Assembly: GCA_951406725.2 (NCBI GenBank)
Contig: OX597828.1
Span: forward strand, 36,208,001 to 36,272,000
DNA: 64,000 bases
Source of the DNA: Octopus vulgaris
Taxonomy: Eukaryota
Reading direction: 5' to 3'
Positions 39,842-53,440 of this stretch are shown in pieces. The notes under the pieces were generated by a model, which saw nothing but the letters and a program-made list of their open reading frames with translations, had not been told where the DNA came from and searched no databases. How positions within the stretch are numbered: the first letter of the stretch is position 1; the number at the start of each line of letters is the position of its first letter. A program made the position numbers and the translations under genes.

Positions 39842-40387
39842 TATGTGAGTGTGTGCATGTGTGTGGAGTGTTTGTGTGTACATGTATGCACATGTGTTTG
39901 TCGGTGATGCCCCAGCATAGCCACAGTCCTCTGACTGGAACCAGTAAAACAGTAAAAGAAGACATTCTCTATCAATCCGTCCATATTTACATCGACCCAA
40001 CCGACCAACCAACAAACCAACAAACCAGCCGGTTCATTCCACATTCACAACCATTGCCACATAAATGGAGGAACACATCAGCAGAAAGTTTAAATGGGTG
40101 AGAAACGGTGGTGATGATGACAACGATGATAGTGATGAAGAAGGTGGCGCGGAGGCGATGGTAATGATCAAGGGGCTAATTATTAAGGATGAACAGTTTC
40201 GGTGATGAAAAATAGTGATGGTGATGATAAGAACAGTGATGATGATGATGATGATGATGATGATAATGATGACGATGAAGATGATGGTTGAGATGGTACA
40301 AAGTGCTGAGAGTAATAGATATAAACATTAAAGAGGAGATAAAGGGAACACGATGAGAAAGTTTAAAAATAAAAACAAATCAACGCA

Positions 40388-40594
40388 ACCACTACTACTA
40401 CTACTACCACCACTACCACTACTACTACCACTACTACCACTACCACTACTACTACTACTGCCACCTCCAGCACTGCTGCTGCAGCAAACAGTCATACAAC
40501 TACCACTAATACTATTGAAAACAATGCTACTATTACAGTAACCACTGCCATCTACTAGCACTAACTACCACTACTGCAGCTACCAATACAAGCT

Positions 40595-40643
<49 letters not shown>

Positions 40644-40660
40644 GACTGCTGCTGATGCTG
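40388..40660. repeat. (CTA)n/(CCA)n/(CTG)n trinucleotide tract
   Basis: Direct inspection. Confidence 0.85.
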
Positions 40661-41101
40661 CTACTGGTACCCACAACAAGCCAACAAGGAAGACATTTGT
40701 AAATGATAATTTGATAACTTGACCTGCTAGAGATAGTAGCCAAATCACCCACAAATCACACCCTATTGTTTTTAGAAGAAAAAAATGTGGGGTCATATTG
40801 GGTACTGTAGCCCGAGGTAAAGCATGCCTGAGAAATAGATAGGATGGTCACGAGTGGAATGTGTGATCATAAATCTGCTTGATCAGGGTTGACCTGGGCT
40901 AAAACAACAACTGCAACATCTACAACTAGTATTAGTGACTACTACTACTGCTGCTGCTGCATGCACTGTCACTAAGTAAAGCAGCTACTACTACAACTAC
41001 TACTACTACTACATGCGCTACTACTAACTACTGAAACCATTACTAATATCACTACTACAGCAACTACTACTTGCACTACACTAGCAGCTATAACAACTAC
41101 C

Positions 41102-41132
<31 letters not shown>

Positions 41133-41634
41133 AACATGCACACACACACACACACACACATACACACACACACACCACAAACACACCACAAACACACACA
41201 CACACATACTAGTGCAACAGCAACAATAAACCAATCAGAAACAACAGCAATATTATTGATTGATTTTTTGGTAGCTGTCTTTCAGAGAAATATTTAGATG
41301 TGGTCTTTAGTACTAACGACATGGAGAAATGATGATGATGGTGGTGGTGCTGATGATGATGACGATGATGGTGGTTTGATATAGAGCCATGATGGTAGTG
41401 TATTGGTGCTGTAGTGTTATGATGGTAATGATAGTGGTGATGGTGATGGTGCTGCAGTGGTGGTAGTAGTAGTAGTAGTGGTGGTGGTGATGCAGTGTGT
41501 TGGTATAGGTGATAGTAATGTGGTGCTGTTGTAGTGGCCTAATGCAGCAGCATTGTGGTGATGTACTGTGGTGGTACAGTGGTGGCAGCCAGTTGGTTGT
41601 AGTGGCAAATGTCGTGGTAATGATCATAGTGGGA

Positions 41635-41983
41635 TCAAAATCGAAATCGAAATCTTTCAACATCAATGGAAATTGTAGCTGAGATACCAGTGCCAGTGGC
41701 ACGTAAGAGGACCGTCCAAACGTGGCCGTTGCCAGCGCCGCCCCGACTGGCCCCCGTGCCGGTGGCACGTAAAAAGCACCATCCGATTGTGGCCGTTTGC
41801 CAGCCTCGTCTGGCACGTAAAAAGCACCCACTACACTCTCGGAGTGGTTGGCGTTAGGAAGGGCATCCAGCTGTAGAAACACTGCCACATCAGACTGGGC
41901 CTGGCGCAGCCTCCTGGCTTCCCAGACCCCAGTTGAACCGACCAACCCATGCTAGCATGGAAAGCGGACGTTAAACGATGATG
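41635..41983 (+). mobile_element. Family C element
   Basis: Matches family C with (GAT)n tail. Confidence 0.8.
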
Positions 41984-42052
41984 ATAATTTGTTGTAGTGG
42001 GGAATAATAATAATAATAACAATAATAATAATAACAACAACAACAACAATAG

Positions 42053-43148
42053 CACTGATGCAGTGCCAGGCAGTGGCTCTCATGGCTTCTCATTTTAAGT
42101 GATTAAAAATGTTAACATGTACATTGCTTTGACTTGAGATGAAAGATGGGCTACAGCAAATATTCTGCTTAGTACCACAAATTTGCTTGTCAGTTGTTTG
42201 ACCATAATCAGTAGAGCACGTTCCTTGGTGGCTCACAATATGTGCATCTCTGATCACAAGCAGAAGTAATGGGGGAGCATCACAGCCATGTGCTGGAAGG
42301 AATTCTTTGCAGTTTGGATAATTCGCCTTTGGAAACATGGGTGTTTCTTTCAACATCCTTAAACAACCCTTATTCAGGAAACTTTTGAGTGAGATGGGCT
42401 ACTTGACATAAAGAAAATTCTAACTGGGCCTCACCTGCAAGGTCATGTGCTGTTAATCTTGATATGATATCACCATGTCATGCACATATGGTTGTGATGC
42501 ATGTGCTTGGTGTACCCTTATGAGACAGGTAGTCATGACAGATGTACTCTGGGTTTTGTATATTTTACGCCAGTGTCACTTTGATGGCATGCACTGCTCT
42601 CTCACTCAATAATAATAATGCCCTGATGCAGTACAAGGCAGTGGCTCTCATAGCTTCTGATCTTAACTGATTGTAAGTGTTATCATGTACATTGTTTTGT
42701 CTTGGTGTAAAAGCTGGGCTACAGCAAATATTCTGCTCAATACCACAGATTTGCTTGTCAGTTGTTTGACCTTAACTATTTGAGCATATCGCTTAGTGGC
42801 TGATGATATGTGCCTCTCTGATCATGAGCAGAAGTAGAGGGGAAGCATCATAGCCATGTGTTGAGAGGGATTCTTTGGGGTTTGAATAATTCACCTCTGG
42901 AAACATGTTTTGTTCAACATCCTTAAACAACCCATATTCAAGGACCTTTTGAGCAGGATGTGCTACTCAACCTGAAGAAAATTCTAACTGGAACCCCACC
43001 TGCAAGGTCATGCACTGTTTATCTTGATATGAGATCACCATGTCATGCACATATGGTTGCGATGCATGTGCCTGGGTATATTGGGCTTCATATATTTTAC
43101 CCCAGTATCACTTTGATGGCATGCAATGCTCTCTCACTCAATAAAAAT
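42053..43148 (+). mobile_element. Two head-to-tail copies of a roughly 550-bp family D retroelement with (AAT)n tail
   Basis: 42053-42619 and 42620-43148 are collinear; both end ..GCTCTCTCACTCAATAA and both follow (AAT/AAC)n. Confidence 0.75.
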
Positions 43149-43151
43149 AAT

Positions 43152-43610
43152 AAACCTTTCTGCTAAAGGCACAAGGCCTAAAATATTACATTGACCCCAG
43201 TGTTTCACTGGTACTTAATTTATCAACACCAAAAGGATGAAAGGCAAAGTCAACCTTGGTGGAATTTAGAACATAGTAGCAGACAAAATACCACTAAGTA
43301 ATTTGCCTGGTATGTTAACAGTTCTGCCAGCTTACTGACCTATAAATAATAATACTAATAATAATAGTTGTTGTAATGGTAACAATAATATTCTTTTCTA
43401 CTCTAGGCACACAGCCGGAGATTTTGGGGGAGGGGAGCCAGTCGATTAGATCACCCCCCCCCAGTACGCAACTGTTACTTAATTTATCGACCCCTGAAAG
43501 GATGAAAGGCGAAGTCGACCTTGGCAGAATTTGAACTCAGAACGTAAAGGCAGACGAAATACTGCTAAGCAATTCGCCCAGTATGCTAATGGTTCTACCA
43601 GCTCACTGAC
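43152..43610 (-). mobile_element. Two tandem family B SINEs
   Basis: Reverse complement of family B, separated by (AAT)n. Confidence 0.8.
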
Positions 43611-43840
43611 CTATAAATAATAATAATAGTGGCTGTAATGGTAACTATAATATTGATAGTAATAATGGTAATAGCAACAGCAGAGAGAACAGAAATGAAA
43701 ATTGTTGTTGGTGGCGGTATAATTGAGAGTGGTTGTGGTAGTAGTAGTTGTGGTAGTGGTAGTAGTGATTTTATTGATACTAGAACAGTAGTAGTAGTGG
43801 TGGTGGAGGTGCTGGTGGTGGTGGTGGTAGCATTATTACT

Positions 43841-44238
43841 CTTTTACTATTTTGTTTCAGTCATTTGACTGCGGCCATGCTGGAGCACCGCCTTTAATCG
43901 AGCAACTCGACCCCGGTACTTATTCTTTTGTAAGCCCAGTACTTATTCTATCGGTCTCTTTTGCCGAACCGCTAAGTAATGGGGACATAAACACACCTGC
44001 ATCGGTTGTCAAGCAATGCTAGGGGGACAAACACAGACGCACAAACACACACACGCATACATATATATATATACATATATACGACAGGCTTCTTTCAGTT
44101 TCCGTCTACCAAATCCACTCACAAGGCTTTGGTCGGCCCGAGACTATAGTAGAAGACACTTGCCCAAGGTGCCACGCAGTGGGACTGAACCCGGAACCAT
44201 GTGGTTGGTAAACAAGCTACTTACCACACAGCCACTCT
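43841..44238 (-). mobile_element. Family A SINE
   Basis: Reverse complement of the family A consensus. Confidence 0.9.
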
Positions 44239-44529
44239 ACTATTATTATTATTACTTGTTAATAAGTTGGACAAAATGCTTAATGACATTTCTACTGGTT
44301 CTTTACGTTCTCAGTTCAAATTCCGCCGAGGTTGACTTTGCCTTTCGTCCTGTTGAGATTGATAAAACAAGCAGCAGTCAAGTAACAGTGGGGGGTAACT
44401 GACTTGCACCCCTCCCCTCAGAAACTGGTGGCTCTATGCCAAAATTTGAAACCATTATTATTACTATTACTATTATTGTTGTTGTCTTTAATGTTATTGC
44501 ATGTGAGCCCTTGTGGCTAATAAAAGAAT

Positions 44530-44576
<47 letters not shown>

Positions 44577-44578
<2 letters not shown>

Positions 44579-44800
44579 GGCAGCGAGCTGGCAGAATTGT
44601 TAGCATGCCAGGGCAAAATGCTTAGTGGCATTTCATCCATCTTTACATTCTGAGTTCAAATTCCACCAAGGTCAAATGAGCTTTTCATCCTTTCAGGGTC
44701 AATAAAATAAGTACCAGTTAAGCACTGGGAGTCAATGTAATCGACTAGCCCTCCTCTCTGCAAATTTCAGGCCTTATTCCTATAGTATAAGGGATTATTA
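44577..44800 (+). mobile_element. Family B SINE flanked by (ATT)n
   Basis: Matches family B. Confidence 0.8.
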
Positions 44801-45883
44801 TTATTATTATTATTATTATTATCATTATTATTATTATTAGCAGCAGCAGCAGCAGAGGATATAGTGATGGTCGTAATAGTTATCAGAGGTAGTAACAGAT
44901 ATTGTTTAGCCCCAGGTCAACCCTGATCAAGAGGACCTCCGATCAAAATCATTTCAACAGTGACCATCTTGTTTTCCCTACATTCAGGGAATCTAGGATC
45001 ACATTTTTTTTGTATCCCTTTTCAACCTGGTAGGTTGGGATTTGAGGGAGATTTGGTTGCTATTTCTAGCATGTCGTGTAACCATGAAGAGAAGCCTACA
45101 TTGGCAAATAGTGGTGTTAGCGGTAGTAGTAGTAGTAGTAGTGGTGGTGGTGGTGGTGGTGGTGGTGGTGGTGGTATACACACATAGTTTAATATATGTT
45201 TATGTCTTATTTGAACTATTAAGGAACAATATATATTTAAATGAAATACATAATTGTTATTTAACCCTAGGTCTGCCAGGATCCAGCAAACCTGAGATCA
45301 ACAAGTCAAACTGTGTGTAAATAGGATTACATTATCAAATGTGTTCCCTCTGCTTCAGGAAAGTTGGTGTGTGTGACCCAAGAGTGCTTTGGTTGCTATT
45401 TCTAGCAGACCGAGCAACCACACAGAGGCTTCTCTTGGCTAATGATTGAGGTTTGCTGCTGGTAATGCTGCTACAGTTTAACTTCCAGATCAATCCTGAT
45501 CCATCCTGATCAAACCTGATCTGTGATTACATTATTTAATAGATTCTTTCCATATTTAAGCAGTATGATGTATTTTGAAGGTGATTTGGTTGCTATTTCT
45601 AGCAGGTTGAGTGACCATCCTGGATATCTTCCGCAGTCTTATGAAATATGGATTACACTATCAAATATGCCCTAGCTTTTAAGATGATAAAAATGATATG
45701 GTGTTGGTTGAGGGAGATTTGGTAACTATTCCTTGCAGGTTAAGAGCCCATGCAGAGGTTCTCTTGATGGCTCAATAGTAGTGATGGTGAATGCGATGGT
45801 GCTGTGCATGTCAATGTGTGTGTGTGTATGGTATTAATTTTGGTGTCCGCAATGGTGTCAGACATGATTGAGTGTATAATGGG

Positions 45884-46160
45884 ACAGTGACTGATGATGA
45901 TGATGATGGCAGTGACTGATGATGATGACAACAGTGACTGATGATGATGATGATGACAGTGACTGACGATAATGATGATGACAATGACTGACTGATGATG
46001 GCGACAATGACTGACTGATGATGGCGACAGTGACTGACTGATGATGACGACAGTGACTGACTGATGATGACGACAGTGACTGACTGATGATGACAACATT
46101 GACTGACTGATGATGACGACAGTGACTGACTGATGATGACGACAGTGACTGACTGATGAT
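45884..46160. repeat. 23-bp minisatellite CAGTGACTGACTGATGATGACGA
   Basis: About a dozen units, apparently derived from (GAT)n/(GACT)n. Confidence 0.85.
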
Positions 46161-46890
46161 GACGACAGTGACTGATGATGAATCTGATTGTGACTGATAA
46201 GAATGTCAGTTGTGATTGATAATAATACTGGTGACTGATGGGAATATACTTTATGATTGACGTCAATGTTTGTTGTGACTTATGGCAATGTTGATAGTGA
46301 CTAATAGAAATGCAACTTATGATTGATGATGATGCTTGTTGTGACTTATGGTATGCTGGTTACGATTAATGGTGATGCTTATTGCGACTGATCAGAACAT
46401 CAGTTGTGACTGACGGTGATGTTGAGTGTGATAGCATTTGTGGTTGTAGTGTTGGTGGTTGTTGAGGTGGTGACAGCATTGGTAACAGCGTCACCAATGG
46501 TATAAACAAGCGAGCAAGATGGAATCTGTCGCTGTTGTTGTTGTTGTTGTTGTTGTTAGACATTTCACTGAACATTTTCCAGAATCTGACTTTGAAATTC
46601 AAACCTCTGAAACATAAGGACTCACTACATGAGGAGATTGACATTTCGAAAATTCTTTGAAACGAAGAGGAGGAAATAAAAAAAAGGTGAATAAAGAAAA
46701 GGAAACAAGAATCCAAAAATAAAAACAAAATTAAATGCTCTCTGGCATTCACAACTTAAGAACCCTTAAAAAAAAAAAAATAAAATGGAGGATGGAAAAA
46801 AAAAAAAAAAAAAAAAAAGAGAGACCAGAATTTGGAGATTTACTTGTAGATTTGTGGTTGAAATCCAAATTACAATACAACAACAACAAC

Positions 46891-46957
<67 letters not shown>

Positions 46958-48100
46958 GTTTCAAATTTTGGCATAAAGGCCAACAATTTAGGGGGAGGAA
47001 TGAGATGATTATGACAACCTCCCCCCCCCTAGTGCTCAACTGGTACTTATTTTATCAACCCTGAAAGGATAACAACTTTGTAGCACCTTGGATAGGTGTC
47101 TTCTACTATAGCCTCAGGCTGACCAAAGCCTTGTGAGTGGATTTGGTAGATGGAAACTGAAAGAAGCCTGTTGTCTATATATATCTACATTCGTATGCAT
47201 GTAGGAGTGCTTTTGTGTCTGTTTGTCTCCCATCACTGCTTGACAACCAGGGTTGACATGTTTACATCCCTTTTATAACAATGACAACTTAGCAGTCCAG
47301 CGAAAAGAGACCAATAAAATAAGTACCAGACTTTTAAAAAATAAGTGCTGGGGTCGATTTGTTCAACTAAAATTCTTCAAGGTGGTGCCTACCCCATGGC
47401 TGTAGTCTAATGACAGAAACAAATAAAAAGATAAAAGAACTACTAGTTATTGTCGTCGTCATCATCGTTTAATGTCTGTCTTCCATGCTGGCATGAGTAA
47501 TGATAATAAAATTTTAAATAATTTAAATTCTAAAAACTAAAATAGTGAAGGATAAAAAGCACTATTCGTTTTAGTGTTAAAAAAAAAAATCACTTAATAA
47601 AAGTGAGAGATCCGACAGGAAAATTTTGAAAATGTGAAGAGAAGATGACACCTTTCGGAGGAAAGAACAAAAAAAAAGAGAAGCAAAAGAATTTTTTTTT
47701 AAATTTCAAAATAAAAGTGATTTCACAGTATGCTAGCAGTGTTTGCAAAGGTATTGGCCAAGGTGCTAAGATATTGACCATGAGATGAGGACAAACCTGA
47801 ATACGCTGGGCCTTGCAGCTAGGAGATTAAGATGGCTGGGATGAAAAAGGAACGGCATTTATATTGTACTGGAGGTTTGTCTAATTTGTGGCAACATGAA
47901 AGAAAATAGACTTCAAAACAATGATGATGAGGATGATAATGACTATAATGAGATGACAATAAGGATGATGACTAAATGACAATAATGATATATATATATA
48001 TATATATGGCTTCCCAGAACCCCAGTCGAACCGTCCAACCCATGCTAGCATGGAGAACGGACGTTAAACGACGACGATGATGATGATGATATATATATAT

Positions 48101-48538
48101 ATAGGCACAGGAGTGGCTTTGTGGTAAGCAGCTTGCTTACCAACCACATGGTTCCAGGTTCATTCCCACTGCGTGGCACCTTGGGCAAATGTCTTCTACT
48201 ATAGCCTCGGGCTGACCAAAGCCTTGTGAGTGGATTTGGTAGACAGAAACTGAAAGAAGCCCGTCGTACAAATATATATATGTGTGTGTGTGTGTGTATG
48301 TGTGTGTGTGTGTGTTTGTGTGCCTGTGTTTGTCCCCCCCCCCCCAACATCACTTGAAATTGATGCTGGTGTGTTTACGTCCCCGTAACTTAGCAATTTG
48401 GCAAAAGAGACCGATAGAATAAGTACTGGGCTTACAAAGAATAAGTCCTGGGGTCGATTTGCTTGACTAAAGGCGGTGCTGCAGCATGGCCGCAGTCAAA
48501 TGATTGAAACAAGTAAAGGAGTAAAAGAGTAAAGAGTG
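48101..48538 (+). mobile_element. Family A SINE, full length
   Basis: Collinear with the family A consensus. Confidence 0.9.
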
Positions 48539-48841
48539 TATATACATACAATGAGGTAAAGAGGATCATGATGAAAATGACGATCAAGATGAGTTTGTCA
48601 ATATTGAGGATGATGAGAATGTCAAGAAAGACAATGATAGAAATAAGGATAATGATGAGAAAGCTGGTGACCATGAGAGAGACAATGATGAGGATGACAA
48701 CAATGAGAGCAATAAAAGCGACAATAATGACAGCAATGAGAATGACAAAGGTGGCAATGAGAATGATGATGACAGCAAGGAGAACGACAATAATGACATA
48801 ATGACGGCAATAACACACAAGAATGACGGTAATGAGAATGA

Positions 48842-49540
48842 CGGCGAGCTGGCAGAAACATTAGCATGCCGGATGAAATGCTTAGTGGTATTCCGTCTGT
48901 CGTTACGTTGTGAGTTCAAATTCTGCCGAGGTTGACTTTGCCTTTCATCCTTACGGGGTCAATAAATTAAGTACCAGTTCCGCACTGGGGTCGATGTAAT
49001 CGACTTAATACCTATGTCTGTCCTTGTTTGTCCCCTCTATGTTTAGCCCCTTGTTGTGGGCAATAAAGAAATAGGTAATGAGAATGACGATAGTGATGGC
49101 AATGAGAACAAAAATAATCCTTTCTACTGGAATCACAAGGCCTCAAATTTGGAGGAAGGGTACTTCTAACTGGTACTTATTTAATCAACCCTGAAAGGAT
49201 GAAAGACAAAGCCAACCTCGGCAGTATTTGGACTCAGAATGTAGCAGCAGACGAAATACCTATTTCTTTACTGCCCACAAGGGGCTACACACACATGTGA
49301 CAAACAAGGACAGACAAACGGATTAAGTCGATTACATCGACCCCAGTGCGTAACTGGTACTTAATTTATCGACCCCGAAAGGATGAAAGGCAAAGTCGAC
49401 CTCAGCGGAATTTGAACTCACACTAAGCATTTCGCCCGGCGTGCTAATGTTTCTGCCAGCTCGCCGCCTTGTAACAGCAGACAAAATACCATTAAGCATT
49501 TCACCCGGTGTGCTAACGGTTCTGTCAGCTTGCCGCCATA
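48842..49540. mobile_element. Family B SINE cluster: plus copy 48842-49072 and nested minus copies 49115-49540
   Basis: Matches family B in both orientations. Confidence 0.75.
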
Positions 49541-49770
49541 ATGAGAACAGTGATAATGAGAGCAACGAGGATGATAATGACATGAGTGATTAGAATGGTA
49601 ACAATGACATTAATGTGGGCAATGATGATGATGATGATGATGATGATTACGAAATATCAACAAGACTAGTCTTTTTAGGCTAGATTAAGAATACCAGAGA
49701 TTAACCAGAAAACAAAACAAAAAGGAAAAGAAACAAGTAATTAAAGTGTTTTAAAAACTCTCAAGGACAA

Positions 49771-50063
49771 CATCATCATCATCATCATTGTTCGACCGTG
49801 GTCGAGACAAAGGAATTTACCATGCTACGCCAGACTTCACGGTCCACCATAGCATTACGGAGGTCCTGTTGCTGGATGCCTGTATCCCTGGAGATTACAT
49901 CAGGGTAGGAGAGTGTGCACCCTCTGGTATTGCAAGTAGATGGCTTCCAGAGGAGAAGAGTAGAAATTGCCTCGTTTTCAGCTCTACAACAATGTCCAGC
50001 AAACTGGACTCTCCTACCTTTCACAAGAGATGACACAGGTGGTAGTTTCCCATATATTTGCAA
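49771..50063 (-). pseudogene. 3' end of an RTE-clade LINE (RT C-terminus) with (TGA)n tail, 5'-truncated
   Basis: RRVQFAGHCCR..LLLWKP..YPDVISRDTG..AMVDREVWR, with the stop codon directly followed by (TGA)n. Confidence 0.8.
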
Positions 50064-51387
50064 AGGGAGAGATAAATAGGGGATTTATGAAAGCTTCATA
50101 AACCATGATGTATAAGTAGAATAGAGTGTCCTGCCTCAGTTACAGGGGGGTTAACAAGGAAGTTTCAACACCTTTGCTTGACCTTCAAGAAATTACCAGA
50201 CAAATCTCCTTAAGCCACACTGTTAGCTTTATCCTTTGGCACTTAAACTGGTCATATCTGGCACAAATATTCTGTCTTATGTTCAAACTGACCAGATCTG
50301 GCCTCTCACACCCATCCCACAACGTCATTCTAAAAATATACAATCACATCATTGACATCTTGAAACTATGAGATAATGCACGATTAATTCAAAACAATGT
50401 GAATGAACAAGCTTTCCATTTGATAGAGAAATATGAAGGGTTAAGCTTAACCCTTAATCCTTCAGCATTTAAACCCGTCATATCCAGCCCAAATATTCTG
50501 GTTTCTGCTCAAACTGACCAGATTCTGCTTCTCACGCCCTTCCTACAATGTTATCCTAAAAATAAACAACCTCATAATCGAAATCTTGAAGCTAGAAGAT
50601 AATAAGTAATTAATTCAATAAATAATCAATAAATAAGCGTCACATTTCACAGAATAATCTGAAAGCTAAAGAGTTATAGAAGGAAGGATCATCATCATCA
50701 TCATCATCATTTACTGTCCACTTTCCATGCTAGCATGGGTTGGACGATTCAACTGTGGTCCGGAAAGCCAGAAGGCTGCACCAGGCCCGTCTGATCTGGC
50801 AATGTTTCTACGGCTGGATGCCCTTCCTAACGCCAACCACTCCGTGAGTGTAGTGGGTGCTTTTTACGTGCCAGACGAGGCTGGCAAACGGCCATGGTCA
50901 GATGGTGCTTTTTACGTGCCACTGGCACGGGGGCCAGGCGAGGCTGGTAACAGCCAAAATCTAATATTCCTTAAAAGACAAGATGGTCATGGCTAGAATG
51001 ATTTTCATCAATCAGGGCTGGCCTTGGGCTATAAGAAATATTAACAGACCATAGTAGACTGGAACCAAAAACCTATCAGCTGGTAGTCATCTAATGCCCT
51101 TCCCAGTCTGGCTTTCTTTTTTTTATTTTTGGTTTTATTTATTTTTTTTTGCTGCCACAACCAAACAAAATGGTGCGTCAAGTTTGTTGACAACTCATAT
51201 TCTGACATTTAAAAATAAATAAGTAAAAAATAATTAGGAAAAAAAAAAGGTCTGTTTTTACAACTGCAAGCTTTAATTGGAGTTAAAGAAAGGCCTGGGT
51301 GGGGAAAGAATTAACAGATGTTATTGATAAGAATCCAAAAATAGTCTTGAGTGATGGGCAAGGGATATGATGGTGGTGGTGATAATG

Positions 51388-52110
51388 ATTCTAATTTTGG
51401 TACAAGGCTAGCAATTTTGAAAAAAGGAGAAAGTTGATTACATCAACCCCAGTACTCAGCTGGTACTAATTTTATCGATCCCCAAAGGATGAAAGGCAAA
51501 AATTGCCCTTGGTGGTATTTGAACTCAGAACATAAAGCCAGAAAAAATGTCGTTAAGCTTTGTGTCCAGCTCTACCATTTTATCACTTTAACAGTCCTTT
51601 CTGGGGGTCGTCATAGGCACAAGGCCTGAAATTTGGATGTAAGGAGCTGGTTGATTACACTGAGCCCAGGGCTCAACTGGTACTTATTTTATCAACCCCA
51701 AAAGATGTAAGGCAAAGTTGACCTCAGCAGAATTTGAAGTGAGAATGTAAAGAGCTGCAAGAAATACTAAGCATTTTGTCCCATGTGCTAACGATCCTGC
51801 CAGTTCGCCGCCTTAGTAATAATAGCAATAACCCTTTCAACTAAAGGCACAAGGCCTGAAATTTTTGGAGAGGGGACTAATTGATTATATCGACCCCAGT
51901 GTTTCACTGGTACTTAATTTATTGACCCCAAAAGGATGAAAGGCAAAGCCGACCTCGGTGGAATTTGAACTCAGAACGTAGCGGCAGACAGGATGATAAA
52001 AATGAAAGACAATGTTGACCTCGGCAGAATTTGAACCCAAAACATAGAACTGGAAGAAATGCCACTAAGCGTTTTGTCCAATGCTCTTCTGATTTTGCCA
52101 GCTTGCTACT
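51388..52110 (-). mobile_element. Cluster of about 4 family B SINEs/fragments
   Basis: Repeated GGATGAAAGGCAAAG..GAATTTGAACTCAGAA blocks. Confidence 0.75.
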
Positions 52111-52659
52111 TTCGTTGATCTCTGATGATGATAACAACAACAACAGCAACAACAAAACTCATAAAATACTAGAATAGAAGGGGTCTGACTGTTTTTATAG
52201 AAACATCAAAGGGGATGTTTGACACATAACTGACTGAACTTGTTGGAGGTCCATGACAAAATGTTAAAATTTATTTACATTCATCATCAGCCACAATAAC
52301 AACAACAACAGCAATAATCAAAAGATGCAATTTCAATAAATGGAATTAAAGATTGTTGGTGTTTGTTTTGTTTTAAAGAATTTAAAGAATATAAAAACAT
52401 GAAGAAGAGGTTACAATCAAGTGATTTTTTTCCTACTTTTACCCCCACCACTCCAGATTACCTCACCACCACCACCACCACCAGCACTACCATCATCACC
52501 AGTGACAACAAGAAAAAGAACAACAACACCGACAACAGCAATACCATTAGGAACAATATCACTTCCACCGACACAGTTTATACAGAAAACTGAAATTGTT
52601 GCGCGTGGGGTAGAAAGAGCCAGGTGAGGTATCTTGAGGGAAAAACAGACGAGGAAAAA

Positions 52660-53440
52660 TGGAGAGAGAAATATATTGGAGGGAGGGGTGGGGGAGTGGG
52701 GAGAGAGAGGGACAGGAAAAGGGGGAGAGAGGAAGAAGAGAAGGGAGAGAGGAAAAGGAAAGGGGAGAGGGAAAAAGAAAAGGGGGAGAGAGGAAAAGAG
52801 AAGGGGAGAGAGGAAAAAGAAGGGGAGAGAGGAAAAAGAGAAGGGGAGAGAGAGGAAAAAGAGAAGGGGAGAGAGAGGAAAAAGAGAAGGAGAGAGAGAG
52901 GAAAAAGAGAAGGGGAGAGAGGAAAAAGAGAAGGGGAGAGAGGAAAAGAGAAGGGGAGATAGGAAAAGGAGAAGGAAAATAATAAGAGCAAAGGTGAAGG
53001 GTAGAAGAGCAAGGGGAAGGACAGGTTGGGAAAGAAGATAAGGAAGAGGGAAGAATGAGGGTGAGGATAGAGCAAATAGACAAGAATGAGGAGGGAGAGA
53101 GAGGAGTGGGGCAAAGGGAGAGGGGAGAGAGAGGAGTGGGGCAAAGGGAGAGGGGAGAGTGAGAACAAGTTAGGGGAGAGAAGAGAGCAAGGCAGAGAGA
53201 GAAGCAAGCTAGGGGAGAGGTGAGCCAAGGAAGAAAGAAGACTGGAGGGGGGGTGAAGAAGAGAGAAGAGCGAGGTGAAGAGGAGAAGAGACAGGAGGTG
53301 GAAGAGCAAGGGGTAAGAATGAGGAAGGCAGGAGGAGGAGAGTTAGGAGGGAGAGAGAAGAGCAAAGGGAGACGAAGAATGAGCAAGGAATGGGAAAAAA
53401 AGAAAGAGTGAAAAGAGAGAAAGAGAGAGAGAGAGGAGAT
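52660..53440. repeat. Polypurine tract with roughly 21-23-bp GA-rich units and a 30-bp direct repeat (about 53095-53158)
   Basis: Plus strand is almost exclusively G/A. Confidence 0.85.
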
